From Chiloscyllium plagiosum (lineage: Eukaryota), in contig NC_057718.1 in NCBI RefSeq assembly GCF_004010195.1, forward strand, positions 41,747,803 to 41,811,802: a stretch of DNA of 64,000 nt, given 5' to 3'. Shown here one piece after another: positions 12,713 to 26,277 of the stretch. Below the pieces are notes generated by a model. It was not told where the DNA came from. It searched no databases and was given only the letters and a program-made list of their open reading frames with translations. Position 1 is the first letter of the stretch. Each line of letters begins with the position of its first letter. The position numbers and the translations under genes are program-made.

Positions 12713-13779
12713 GAAAGTGACAGGATAGCAGAGTTTAGAACTGATCCGTTGGTTGTGGGGTCACTTATGCTTTGTCTATCACTTGCTGCTTACACTGCTT
12801 GACATGCAAATAGTCCTGTTTGGTAGCTTTACCAAGTTGACACCTCATTTTTAGATAAGCCTCATGCTGCTCCTGCCACGCCCTCCTGCACTCTCCATTA
12901 AACCAAGGTTGATCCCCTGGCTTGAATGTAATTGTTGAGTTGGGAATATGCCAGGCCATGAGTTTGCAGATTGTATTGATAGATGCCCAGTTTTGATTTG
13001 CTACATCTGTTTGTATTCCGTCCAATCTAGCTCTGTGATAGTGTCTCACAACATGATGGAGGGTTTTGTCAATATGAAGACTTAGTCTCTACAAAACTGT
13101 ACGGTGGTCACTCTTACTCATAGACAAGTAAGTGTGCAGCCAGGAGATTCGTAATTATAAGGTGAAATATGTTTTTTCCCCTTGTTGGTTCTCTCACCAC
13201 CTGCCGCAGAGCCAGTCTAGTCGCTATGTCCTTTAGGACCAGACCACTCAATCAGGAGTGCTGCTGCTGAGGTATTCTTGGTATTGGGCATTGAAATCCC
13301 CCACCCAGAGCACTTTCTGCACCCTTGCCACCTTTAGTACTTCCTCCAAGTATTGTCCAACATGGAAGAATACTGATTCAACTGCTGAGGGAAGACAGTA
13401 TGTGGTAATTAGCAGGAAGTTTCCTTGCCCATGTTTAACCTGAAGCCATGAGACTTCATGGAGCCTGGAGTCAATGCTGAGGATGTCCAAGGCAACTCCT
13501 TCCTGACTGTATACCACTGTGCTGCTGCTGCCTCTGCAGTCTAGCTGCTGGGACAGGACATATCCAGGGATAGTGATAGTCGTGCCTGGAAACATTGTCT
13601 GTAGGTTTGATTACATCGAGCTGTTGCCTGAGTAGTCTTTAAGACTGTTCTCCTAATTTTGACACTAGATGTTAGTCAGGAAGATTTGCATGGTTTACAC
13701 AGCTGTTTTTACCAGTGTCCTATCCAGCACCTACGTCAATGCCAAGTGGTCAGTCCGGTTTCATTTCTTTGTTGAGAGT

Positions 13780-14081
13780 GGTTTGCTAGACCATTTTAGA
13801 GTGCAGTTGATAGTCAACGACATTGGTATATGTCTGGAGTCACATATAGGCCAGACTAGGTGAGGAATGGCAGATTTCCTTCCCTGAAGGATAGCAGTGA
13901 ACCAGATGAACTTTTCTAACAATCAACAATGATTGCATGGTCATTAGAAGATTCTCAATTCCGTATATTTGTAGTTGAAGTCAAAATCCATTATCTGCTG
14001 TGGTGGGATTCGAACCCAGAACATCAGCTACATTTCTAGATTATTAGTCTAGAGATAATAACACTCGGCTATCAACTCCCC
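13780..14081 (-). promoter_or_regulatory. tRNA-like Pol III internal promoter plus Deu-domain-like core (SacSINE1-like head)
   Basis: Minus strand: A box TAGCCGAGTG (14062-14071), perfect B box GGTTCGAATCC (14006-14016), then catctggttcactg..ccttcagggaaggaaatctgcc..tctggcctatatgtgactccagac, which I recognise as Deu-like. Confidence 0.7.
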
Positions 14082-14396
14082 ATGCATAATCTAGGATTGC
14101 TCGTCTCTCCCTAACTCTACCATTATCCCTGTATTGAGTTAGGCAGACTGATTAACAATTATAGCTTTTCTTTACTCCTTTGACATGAAAAATGAGATTA
14201 TTATGAAGAGAAATAGTGTAGGACTTAGCTTTGATCATATATTTTAACAAAGGTAATCTGATATTTAAAGAAGTAGTTTGCTGTCATATTGAGAATTTTA
14301 TGCCACAATTAGAGAAGGAACACATGCAAGTCACTACCGAGGTGGACAGGACAGAAATTTGGGCAGGACTTTTGTTTTAAAATAATTCACAACATG

Positions 14397-14762
14397 GGTG
14401 GCACAGTGGCTCAGTGGTTAGCACTGCTGCCTCATAGCACCAGGTAACCGGGTACCATTCCAGCCTGGGTGACTGTGTGGAGTTTGTACATTCTTCCTGA
14501 GTCCGCGTGGGTTTCTGCTGAGTGCTCCAGTTTCCTCCTACATTCCAAAGATGTGAAGGTTAGGTGGATTGGTCATGCTAAATCACTCTGCAGTGTCCAG
14601 GGATGTGTAGGCTTGGTGGATTAGCCTTGGTAAATGCAGGGTTACAGGGATAGACAGGGGACGGGGGGCCTGGGTCTGGGTGGAATGTCATTTGGAGGGT
14701 CAGTGCAGACTTGATAGGCTGAATGGCCTCTATCTGCAATGTAGTGATTCAATGATTCTATG
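14397..14762 (+). mobile_element. HE1-like V-SINE
   Basis: A box tggctcagtgg, V-domain gtggagtttgtacattct...gtgggtttc, and a CR1-like tail ending gattcaatgattcta. Confidence 0.85.
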
Positions 14763-14764
14763 TG

Positions 14765-15600
14765 GTCATCGCTGGCTGGTCCTTTCATTATTACTCAACC
14801 CCAATTGCCCTAGTGAAGATGTTGATAAGCTGCCTTCTTGAATAGTTGCAGTCCTTGAGATGTAGGGACATCAATAGCACTTTTCAGAAGGGAAATCCAG
14901 GATTTTGACTCAGCAACTGTGAAGGAACATCGATATAGATCCAAGCCAGGATGGTGTGTGGCTTAGAGGTGGTATTTGCATATGATGGTATTCCCACAGA
15001 TCTGTTGCCCTTGTTCTTTTAGGTGGCAGGGAATGTTATTTGGAAATACTGTTAAATCAGGCTTGGTGAATGAATGCAGGGGATTCATTGATTGCCATGC
15101 TGTTGAATGTCAAGGAGAAGTGGTTACATTCTCTCGTGCTGGAGATAGCCAATGCTTAGCACTAGTGTAAAGTGAATATTGTCACTTATCAGCTCAAGCT
15201 TGAATAGTGTCTTGCCGCATATGGAGGAAGCAAACTGTTTTTTGTGCCTGAGCAAATTTTTAAGGCAGTGCTTAGGATATGGAATGCACTGCCTAGAATT
15301 GTAATAGAGGCAGTTTTAGTTGAGGCATTCAAGAGGACATTGGATGAATGTTTGGAAAAATTAATCTGCAAGGATATGGAACAAAGCAGGAGTTTGACAC
15401 TAGGAAAAGGTGCTGCTACAGGTACAAGGCACCAAATGGCCTCCATTATTTGCTGTAAGTCACCTCTGCGATTCTGAATCATGAATGGTACTGAACTCGG
15501 TACAATCATCAGAAAATATCCCCACTTCTGAACTTATGATAGAAGGAATGTAGTGAATGAAGAAGATGAAGATGCTTGGGTTGGATACTACCCTAATAAA
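14765..15600 (-). mobile_element. Deleted fragments of the 10896-14081 LINE family, with a plus-strand CR1 tail at ~15235-15478
   Basis: Shares aatccaggattttgactcagcaactgtgaagga with 11028-11060. The ORF at 15244 reads RIWNALP...FKRTLD. Confidence 0.65.
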
Positions 15601-15664
15601 CCCCTGCAGAAATGTTGGTAACATTCCATTTTCATATTGAGGATATCCTCCATCTTTGGCCTGG

Positions 15665-15878
15665 CACTAAAGGTAAAATCACCTTGGTCCCAGAGGACCA
15701 TCATCTCATTACGGAGAGATGACTGGTTGTGGTTTAACCTGACAGTCACCACACCACAGACAGAAGAAAAGTTGAGAAGGAGAGTTCTTTACAATAATCA
15801 CAGCCAATGCAGGAATTGAACCGCAATGTTGATTCACTTTGCATCACAAAGTGGCCATTCAACCAACTGAGCTAACCA
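15665..15878 (-). mobile_element. tRNA-derived SINE, second family
   Basis: Minus strand starts ggttagctcagttgg (A box) and has ggttcaattcc (B box). The body differs from the V-SINEs. Confidence 0.7.
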
Positions 15879-16144
15879 ACCCTAACCAACCACAGGATAA
15901 ATCGAACAGTCTTCAAATAGATCTAGCAAATCAAAACTGAGTATCCATGAACTGCTATGAGGCATCAACAGAAGCAGAACTGTATTCAATAATCATTTTC
16001 GCCTCAAGGCCCAGTGTATTACAACAACTCTTCCATTACCATCGAGGCAGAAGATCAACCCTGGTCTATTGAAGAGTAAAGGAGCAATACCAGGTACTTC
16101 ACAAACTAGGTGTCAATCTGATGAAGCTATGGCATAGGACTAGA

Positions 16145-17280
16145 ACTTAAGACCCTAAAAAGTAGGTACAGGAGTGGGCCATTAGGCCCCTCAAACTTGC
16201 TTTGCCATTCAATAGCATCATGGCTGACCCAACATTCCTCATGTCCACTTTCCTGCCCTTGCCCCGTAACCCTTGATTCCTGTTCTGATCAAGAATCTAT
16301 CTATCTCAGCCTTAAATATATACAAGTACTCTGTCCCCACAGCTCTCTGTGGCAAGGAATTTCAAAAGCTGATAAACCTTTAAGAGAAGAAATTCCTCCT
16401 CAAATCAGTCTTAAATTGGTGTCCCTTGCTTCTGAGATGATGTGCTCTGGTCATTGACTCTTCCACGATGGGAAACAACTTCTCAGCATTTAACTTCGCA
16501 AGCCTCTTAGAAATCATATATGTCTCAATTAAATTGCCTCTCATTCTTCTAAACTCTGTGAATCCCATCTGTTTAGACTCTGTTCATAAGACAATCCCTC
16601 CCATACCAGGCACGATCCTAGTGAACCTTCTCTGAACCACTTCCAACTAAATGATATCTTCCTAATATAGGGGACCATAACTGCTCATAGTGCTCCAAAC
16701 TGATCTCACCAGGACCTTGTACAGTTGCAGTAAGACTTCCCTACTCGTATACTCAAAACCCTCTTGAAGTAAGGGCCAACATTTCATTAGTTTTCCTGAT
16801 TACCTGCTGCACCCATGTGCTACCTTTCTGTGTTGCGTGCACAAGCACCTTCAAGTCCCTTTGTGTTGCAGCTTTCTGCAATTTTTCTCTATTTAAATAA
16901 TATTCTGTTCTTTTGTTCTCCTTTCCAAAATGAACAACTTCAAATTTTCACATACATACCCCATGTGCCAACTTGTTTGCCCACTTACTAAACCTATCAA
17001 TATCTCTCTGTAAACTGTTTTATGCCCCGGACAACCTGCCTTTCCACCTATTTTTGTGTTGTCTACAAATTTGGTGACAGTACATTCACTTCCCTCCTCC
17101 AAGTCATTAATATACATTGTAAACAGTTGCAGTCCCAGCACTGATCTCTGGTGAACCCCACTGGGCACAGGTTGTCAACCTGAACAAAGATTCCTTATCT
17201 CCATTTACAGTTTCCAGCCTATTAGCCAATTCTTAATCCATGCCAATATACTATCTCCATTCCATAGGCTCTTACCTTAT
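16145..17280 (-). mobile_element. 5'-truncated CR1 LINE (RT to 3'UTR), decayed
   Basis: SGVHQRSVLGLQLFTMYINDL...KFVDNTKIGG (16893-17168) and RRMRGNLIETY...RRNFFS (16380-16568). Confidence 0.9.
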
Positions 17281-17841
17281 CGTTTCATGTCAAACAGAGG
17301 AAGCAGTATGCAATAGATAGGCTGAGCCATCCCACAATCCTCAGCTCTGCAGGCCCTCCACATCCATTTGGGAATGATGGTGGATAATTAAAGAACTCAT
17401 TGAGTACATTTAAAACTTGAGATGAATAGGTTCTTGAGTATCAAGGCGATCAAGGGTTATGGGAAGAAAGTGGGAGAATGGGGTTGAGAAACTTAACAGC
17501 CATGATTGAATGGTGGAGCTGAATCAATGGGCTGAAAAACCTGATTCTACTCCTTTGTCGCTTGGTCTTATGGTCTTAACTAACAGGGCAGATGCTCTAC
17601 AAATATCCCCAAGCGCAACAATGGGGAAGCCCAGCACATTGGTGCAAAACACAAGGCTTAAGTATTTTTATCCATCTTCAGCCAGTCATGCCAAGTAGGT
17701 GATCCCACTGAGCCTCCTCCTTATGACCCTAACATCACAGATACCAGTCTTCAGATTCATGTCTTTTTCAAAAGCCAGCATTAAATCTGCCTCCATCATA
17801 CCCTCAGGCAGTCAATGTTATCCCCTGTTGCACTTCATGTC

Positions 17842-17945
17842 AGCTCTGATGCAGGGTCATCTAAACTCAAAACGTTAGCTTGCTCTCTCTCTCTCCATGG
17901 ATACTGACTGACCTGCTGTGATCTCCAGCATTTGTTGTTTTCAGT
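17842..17945 (+). mobile_element. PLE pLTR remnant with degenerate hammerhead
   Basis: agct-CTGATGc-A-GGGTC..ACTC-aAAAC-GTT-agct (4-bp stem I), followed by the tail gacctgctgtgatctccagcatt. Confidence 0.65.
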
Positions 17946-18319
17946 ACCTTTAGGAAATGTCTTGCAGATCCTAATCATTGGTGCATAAAAAGGTTTTCTC
18001 TCATGGCACCTTTTGTTCCTTTGTCATTTATCTTAAATCATTGTTTCCTGCCTGCTGATCTTTCTGCCAGTTTCTCTCTATTTGCCCTGTTCAGACCAAG
18101 ATTTTAAACAACATTATCTAATCTCCTCTCAACCTTCCGTTCAAGAGGAAGAGACCCAGCTATCTCTGTATCTGAAGTTCCTTATCTCTGGCACCTGTCT
18201 CATAAATCTTTGCTGCATCATAGCCAATGCCTTCACATCCTTCTACAAGTGTGATGGCCAGATTTACAAAAAAATACTTTGGATGAGGTTGATCCAGTGA
18301 TTTATAATCTTCCAGTCAG

Positions 18320-18672
18320 GGCGGCGTGATAGCTCAGAGGTTAGCACTGCTGCTTCACAGTGCCAGGACCTGGGTTTGTTTCCAGCCTCGGGCAACTGTG
18401 TGTGTGGAGCTTGCGCATTCTCCCCATGTCAGCGTGGATTTCATCCGGGTGCTCCGCTTTCCTCTCACAATCCAAAGGTGTGCAGGTTAGGTGAATTGGC
18501 CATGCTAAATTGCCCATAGTGATCAGGGATGTGTAGGTTAGATGCATTGGTCAGGGGTAAATGTAGGATAAAAGGGTAGGGAAATGGGTATGAGTGGGTT
18601 ACTGTTTGGAGGGTCGGTGTGGACTTGTTGGGCTAAAGGGCTTGTTTCCACACTGTAGGGATTCTATGATTA
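18320..18672 (+). mobile_element. HE1-like V-SINE
   Basis: Head tagctcagaggttagcactgctgc, V-domain, and tail ctgtagggattctatgat. Confidence 0.88.
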
Positions 18673-21600
18673 TAACTTTCTTCCCTTCGTTCTTTCTGCT
18701 TCTATTTACAAAGTCCAGGACCCATGTACTTTATTAACCACTTTTACAATTGGATTAGGGAAGAGGTAGGAGAGCTGCAGAGGAGAAATGGTAGGTAGAG
18801 CATCAAAGGTGAAGGCATCTGGAATAAATTTATGAGAACTTGTTTTTCAATGCAGGTGGGGAGTAAAGATTATTGGAAAGTAATAAGGGGGACAAAGAAT
18901 GTCAAGAGATAACGCCATCAGTGAATCAGATAACAGGAAAATAAAAATTTAGAGAGCTGAAGAGGTGGGAGGAAGTGTGTGTGTGTGTGGGGGGGGTTGG
19001 TACAGAATATGAGTGTGAAATGTTATGTTGAGGCTGAGATTGAAGGAAAACAGAACTACTTGAAATAAAAAATGATTACTTCTTGTACCAGTGATTTGTC
19101 CAATGCCCTATTTCACTGCTTGAATTCTCCATCCATTTGTCTGAAAAAAAAAGAAAAAGCATTTGTGATTGGAATTGACTTGGAATTGACGTAGAAATTG
19201 GTACCAGGCCTTGAACTCTGATTTCCTAATTTCAGAATTCCAAATAGTGGGTTTCAAATTCCTGGAAAGAGCAATGAATTCCATGGACTGCTTGAAATGT
19301 GACATAGCTGCTGCCAATCAGGCTTTCAAGTACTGCTATAATTCCGTTCACTCTTGATCCTTCCATCCAAGCGAATTCAAATTAAACACAATGCAAGTCA
19401 AATGTCCAGGAACAACATAGATTTAGAAGACTGTATAGCAATTTCCTTTTGTTGTTTCTGTGCAATTAACAATCTTTCACTCCTGCATGCTATTTCACAA
19501 TGGAGACAGACATCATTGAAGTCCAACTACTTAGTTGAAGATCGATTATTATATTTTGCTTGAACAAAACCCGATCAAACAACATATAAAAATAGACATA
19601 AAACACTGAATCAGTGAGGTTCTGCATTTGAAACTGACCGCAGTATTTCCAAACTTCTTCATAGATGCCTTAAGGCTCCTGCTGCACAGGGAGCGTGTTG
19701 CTATTTTCATATCAGTCCAGCAGATGCTGCACTTTACTGTTAGTATTAGCTTCTCAACAACACTAGAAAGCTAACACCCCACCACCACCCCAACAACCCA
19801 TAAAACATACACCAACCTTCACTAACAATATGCAAATTACAAAGCCTGTTATTTCCCACAGAATCTCTCAACATTCACTAACAATGCTCAAAAATACACA
19901 TAAATTGTCATATTCAGATTTATGATTTTGCATCATTCTTAAAAGAACTGTAATACTGGAACATCTGATGGCACATAAAATAGATTCCTAATTATATGTA
20001 GTTTTGTGAGTTAGAAAATTTACTTTGTATCTCTAAATGTTTCCTAATATTTTCTAATTCACTGTCATGCTTTTAAATGGGATTTAATTGCTTTTAACTA
20101 AGCAGTTTCATAACTTCAACAAGGAATAGGGAGCGAGGTCTAAAATAATGTGCACTATTGTCTAGAATTTGTAGAGAAATGCATTTTCTTGTAATCCTTT
20201 CCATGTGCCACTTGAGATATTATGATGACTCCAGAATTCTGAATGGTCAAGAATTTTGACAAAGTTTTTAAAAGAGACTTTCCTTATACACAGATATATA
20301 ATTGCAAATAATTGAAATAAAACACACTGTTCTTCAGGTAATTAATTATGCAATACAATAAGGCTAACAATTTTGATTACAAACAAGTATAGATACAAAT
20401 ATCCCTCTTCAGAGTAAAGGAGTAACATGAGTAAGCAAGTGGCTGGTACTTTTTAAAAGAAATATTGGAAAATGTTTCTCAAAATCTCTAATTAGGTTCT
20501 GTCACACAATGGATTGCACATTAGTTCCTACATCCCAATCACTTTGCTATATTGTTCTTCTCATTGGTAGTGTTATTAATATTATTAATTATTAATTAAC
20601 AATTCTTTCTTCTTAGAAATGTAAATGTAAAAGTTAGAGTCAATGGCTCAGTCTAAGTGAGCTTACCATTTTTTACTTGTGAAATAATCATGGTTCACTG
20701 CACGGCAATAACAAAGCAAGAATCTGAAAACAACACTCAAAAATATTGAATAGAAAATAATTCCAGCTAGGTCAGCACTAAATATTATTATGTCCTGGAA
20801 ATAGTGGAATGTGCTTATTACTTAGTAACTAAACAATATACAAAACTAGTTTAAGGGTTGTCTATATATTTACAGTTATTGTCACAAAACTACATTGGAG
20901 TGGGAAAGGGTTAATTTTCGATCTATAACGAAATGATCAATTTATCATATGTTGCCATGATTGTGCAATATAGAGATAAGCAATGATTTTACGCTTATGA
21001 AAAAGGTGAAGATTATGGATGCCCCCTCGCAGATTTTAGTAATTCACGATTATTTGATTTACAGTGCTTTTTATGCTTGATATTAATTCAACTAGTTTAA
21101 CCCTCATACACAAAACCCAAGCACAGTGTTCAGCTCTTTAAAATCAACAATCAAGAACCCTGGGAATCTTGGAAAATCATCTCGTCAGAGACTCTGAGAC
21201 TCCAACTGGGAGAGATGGTTACTTTGTACCTGCAGTCATTAATTAATTCTACAAGGGAAGTAAATTTCTAGCTTCTATGAATAAGGACTAAAGACTCAAG
21301 GCTATATTTTCACAAGATGTGTGGCTCCACAAAGCCTTTCATGGAATGCATTTCTTTCACACATACAGCCTGTGGATGTTTTATTATTTTTCCGAAGTCT
21401 AATTCTTAGCACTTGAGGCTGTGGGGCTCACAGCCAACATTTCCCACTGCTGTAAGGGAATGTCGCAAATCATTATTGTTACGATATAATTTTAAAAACC
21501 TTATTTAATATGAAGACCTTACTCTTGACCTCCACAGAGTACCTAAGGCTTGTCCAGAGGCCTCAATGAAAAGTTGATGAAATCACCTCCGTCACTTCGA

Positions 21601-24600
21601 CAACTTGCTGCTCTTTTCCAGTGACCTCCTGCTGGTCCATACAGCTACATAGCTTGCATTAATTTATTTAGTGTGGAAGGAAATCTGAAGACTATTTTCA
21701 ACACTGAGGAACAATAGATTAAGGAAAGGATCACATTCTATTTTGAGCACACTGTCAGCATCAAACATTCCTAGATAAGGTTAAAACTAGAGAAGGTGTG
21801 CGGCAGCTAATGATATTGAGAGCTGGTAATTTTTGGCTTAGGATTTGTTTCCATCTAATTTCCATTTAAATTTCCTCCTCCTGGTAGTGGCAAGTTAGGA
21901 TATACTAATGTTTGGTGAAGAGACTTGATGTGCATCTATTTATTGCCAGTCAGTACAATTCATTCAACAGAAAAAAAAAACTGCAGTTGGGTTTGACTCT
22001 ATTTCTGGAACATGATTTGTACGAATGAGTTCCAAAACACTACTGCTTATCATCCTGTACAAATATTTGTCAGGACCTCAAGATGTGGAATCCATTTTAT
22101 TTCCAAGCCAAAATGACAACACAGCAAAACCACTTTCAGACCTAAAATTAAAATCTTAATTATAGCTAGCCAGTAATTAACTTTATGGTTCAAGAATTTA
22201 GTGGACAATTTTAACTCTCTCTAACCACCAGAAGCCAGGCTAAAAATGAGTTAAGATACAAAATGACATGCTGATGTTCAATTTCCTGTCTCATGGCAGT
22301 TTTAATATCACTATTTTCTTTGCATCTGTGACATCTTTGAGACTTGGGCATGAGCCTTATTGAAATAGGTTAATCAGGGTGATGATCAAATGGGAGCCCA
22401 ATTCAATTTTAATTTGAACATTGGGACATTCTTTTGAAACCATGAAGAACATTTTGGTTATAGTCATTTCCCATCCCTTCCATGAAACACCCATAATTCA
22501 CTCATGACTTACATAACTAGTGACCTGGCAGCCTCTGGGACTCTTGATTCGCATTGATTGCCAGGCTCTAACACCCCAGTTTATTTTCCAACAGCACTAA
22601 AATTTAATCTAATGTCCTTATGTATCTGAAGGAGGCCCCTCCTAGACTAATGGGATACTGCCATTTCCCACAGCAACAATCCTTGCGGTTTCTGTTTATG
22701 AGAGTTTTATTTATTGAGGAATCAAGGTGAAGGATAAAAGCCCATATGGCAGTGCACAACCAAGGTTGAGCAGAAGAACATAGATGTGATAAATCAGGAA
22801 GTTATAATTAGATGCTAAGCTTGTGGAAGGAATCAACGATAAAGGCTGGGATTTTAGTTTGCCTTTTGCCTGCCAGCCCGCGCTTTTCCTATCCATTAAA
22901 ACTGAATAGGAGAAATGGTTAGCTGCTTACTGCAGAGATGGAAAACCTTAGACAAAAAAAAACAAAAACTCCATAGTTTTGAAGGAACACATGAAAAAAA
23001 AGACGAACTTTAAGTAATTTTGAGATTGAGACAAAAAGGAGAAGGATGAAATTTTAATTAAAGATTCTAATTCCCTCTCATTTAGTTTGAATGGATTTGT
23101 GGAACCTAGCAATTCCTATGAAAGGTGGATACGGTGCTATCCTTGGCATTCCAGGAAGATCTACCACCTAAGCAAATTGAGAAAATGATTAATAAAGAGA
23201 TAAATTACATTGGGTTATTGGTAGTTATGGACTGATGGATTTGTACCTACTTGAATCTGGGCTGAGAATGAATCAATTCATTTTCATTAGAATCTAGAAA
23301 GATATATACAGAAGGCACCTTATCATTCTGGCTAGAAAAATGAAAGTATTCTAACCCACTGTGCTGTCCATTTAAGTCTAATTAACATTGATTAATTTCA
23401 TACGGCCATAGAGTTTGCCCTAACACCACAAGTCCACTGAAAGAGGACCTTTTTCAACATATAATCTAATGTTGCCTTTTTAAAAGAACAGAAAGAAATT
23501 AAACAGCCGTGTTACCTAATGAGTATATTGAGCATAAAGGCTGAGCCATGTCTAATTTGGGTTAATGCACCCTACCACTTAAGGTGAGCCAAATAACTTG
23601 GATTCTTTGGAGAAATATACAGAGCAGGCAGAAATTAAGAATAGCTTGTGAGAGCGAACATCCTCTACCAGTGACCCAGAACTGCAGGTGGAGGTCATGA
23701 GGTGGAGGATTTAGAAACAGCTGCATGTTATCCCAGAGGATGCTACGAACAGTAGAACGTTTTGTGTTTACAGTGCAAGAATGAAATGAGGGGGAAAAAC
23801 ATGATTCGCACAGTTGCTGATTTTATAAAATAAAGAAACTAAATCTAAGATCATTTCATCATGATTATTTCAAATAAGTTTTCCTTTGGGATAGTTTTGA
23901 AGTTTGCTCAGTTTTGCATTTTTCAACAGCCTATTACAGAATAAAATAGCATAGCTATGCAGCTTTGAATAAAGTGCTGAATAAATACTTCAAGAGGATA
24001 ACTTAAATGTTCGCTCAAATAAATTGAACTTCGAAAAGCCAATACTCAGATGTGGTCTCATTTCAGTAGATCTCCACAATCTTATTCATTTCAAGGGAGT
24101 TCCGAGATATCCTATTTTAATATAATTCTTTCTGACCAGTGAAAATAGCTTAATACATGATTTGAATAGATTTGAAATTTGTGTCACTTTTTTAAAATTG
24201 TCAGTCATGATTCAAATATTTATTTCACTTGTATGATCCTGCAAAATGGAGTGTCATACTGTCTCTCGTAAGCTTGTGTGTCCTCACCATCCTGGCGTCC
24301 TTTATATAGTATTCAGTTTGTTTTTGATTATTATTTATGCTTAATTTCAACATTTTGGACCTGATTCTGTGCAGGGGACAGGAGCAAAAGAGTTTTGTAT
24401 TAACACAGTTCCTCCAAAGCCGTCTCTGAAACATTATACCACACGTGATTTGCAGTGCAGTAGGTTAGTTATTTTTGTAACCTGGAAGTAATATCAATGA
24501 TGTCACAAATTGGATCACATAGTGGTCATGACCTTCAGTTTTTCTTTTACATTCCATTTATTAAAGTGATCAGATTAATTTATTTTCATACATAAAACAA

Positions 24601-25028
24601 GGCAAACTAGACAGATACATACATACATATATATTCAAAATTCATGACTCATTAAACAAGCCCTCCCAAATATCCCCCAAGAATGCATTATATATTACCA
24701 GTCTTTTAGGAACACATTACATTCAATGGGACGTGTCAATGAGTCCATGCATTTCTGTTAAACATTACTCCTTGCATGTGGCAAAGATTCTTTGCCTGTG
24801 CATATGACATCCTCAAAGTATTAAATGTAAGGAGTTACTAGGTTTTTTTATTACAAGAACATACTTACAAATAGAGTTGTTGATTGCAACGCAATGGGGA
24901 ATTGAATTTGGATTAGTGAATTCTGTGGCTCACACATTCAACTTTATATCTTAGCAATGTCACTCGGGTAAATCACATTTTCAGTGGTTCTTGTCAATAA
25001 ATTTACACACTACTATAATTCTTTGATA

Positions 25029-26277
25029 GAGTCAATAAGAGTGGTGCTGGAAAAGCACAGTCGGTCAGGCAACGTCCGAGGAGCAGGAGAGTCGATGTTT
25101 CGAGCATAAGCTCTTCATTAGGAATGTGGGTTGGAGGGTGCCAAGGGGACTGAGAGATAAATAGGAGGAGGGTGGGGCTGGGTATAGGTACATGAAATGG
25201 GGGGTGATTGACGGTGATAGGTCGGAGCAGAGAGTGGAGTGGAGAGGTTGGAAAGAAAAAGGATAGGCAGGACAGTTCAAGAGGGCGATGCTGAGTGAGA
25301 GGGTTGGATCTGGGATAAGGTGGGGGGAGGGGAGATCAGGAAACTGGTGAAATCGGCATTGATTCCATATCGATGGAAGGTCCCAAGGCGGAAGATGAGG
25401 GGTTCTTCCTCCAGGTGTTGGGTGGCTAGAATTTGGTAGTGGAGGAGGCCCAGGATTTGCATGTCCTTGGCGGAGTGGGAGAGAGAGTTGATGTGTTCGG
25501 CCACAGCAGTGGGGTTAATTGGTGCCTGTGTCTCAGAGATCTTCTCTGAAACATTCCGCAAGTTGGCGTCCTGTCCTGTAGAGGAAAACACATCGAGAGC
25601 ACTGGATACAGTAGATGAGGTGGTTGAAGGTGCAGGAAAATCTTTGCCAGATGTGGAAGGATCCTTTGGGGCCTTGGATGGAGGTGAGGAGGGGAGGTGT
25701 GGGCGCAGGCTTTACACCTCTTGCAGTGGCAAGGGGAGGTGCCAGGAGTGGAGGGTTGGTTGGTGGGAGACATAGACCTAATGAGGGAGTTGTGGATGGA
25801 ATGTCTCTGCAGAATGTAGATACATGTGGGAAGGGAAATATGTCTCTGGTGATGGAGTCTGATACATTGTATTCAGAGGTTGATGGGGTGGAACGTGAGG
25901 ACTGAGGCGTTTCTGTCCTTGCTGCAATTGGAGGAGTGGGGTTCAAGGGCAGAGGTGCAGGAAGTGGAGGAGATGCACTGGAGGACATTGTTCACCACGT
26001 GGTAGGGGAAATTGCGGTACACCTCACCTTCTGCCTTGGGACCCTCCAACCACATGGAATCAATGTCAATTTTACCAGTTTCCTGATCTCCCGTCCCCCC
26101 ACCTTATCCCAAATCCAACCCTCCAACTCAGCACTGCCCTCTTGAACTGTCCTACCTGTCCATCTTCCTTCCCACGTCTCCGCTCCACCCTCTGCTCCGA
26201 CTTATGCTGCCTGAACAGCTTTTTCAATGCTCCACTTTTTGACTCTGGTTTCCAGCGTGCGCAGTCCTCACTTTCTC
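25029..26277 (-). mobile_element. Penelope-like element (Neptune-type GIY-YIG), 5'-truncated with inverted 5' segment and 16-bp TSD
   Basis: TSD ctataattctttgata at 25013-25028 and 26278-26293. Relic protein CKRCKAC...FSCTFNHLIYCIQCSRC..LY..TGRQLAECFREDL. 26020-26200 is an inverted copy of ~25215-25400. Degenerate HHR at 25091-25125. Confidence 0.92.

Larger units (their letters stand above)
10896..14081 (-). mobile_element. Degraded CR1/L2-group LINE (APE + RT) with a tRNA-derived/Deu-like 5' segment
   Basis: Collinear minus-strand ORF relics: APE (VLWVGDFNA), KPGDQPWF, GLDNIPAIVLK, RT (TLDIKATFDQVWHQGAL), QQD..WANKWQVTF and LKKLDTI. The 3' end reads ...ataaatgaataaataaa. Confidence 0.85.

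Noticed and set aside
14397..14470. tRNA genes (also at 14000-14081, 15800-15878, 18320, 33840-33898 and 55214)
   Set aside because: The A/B boxes continue into SINE bodies, and I could not fold a complete cloverleaf.
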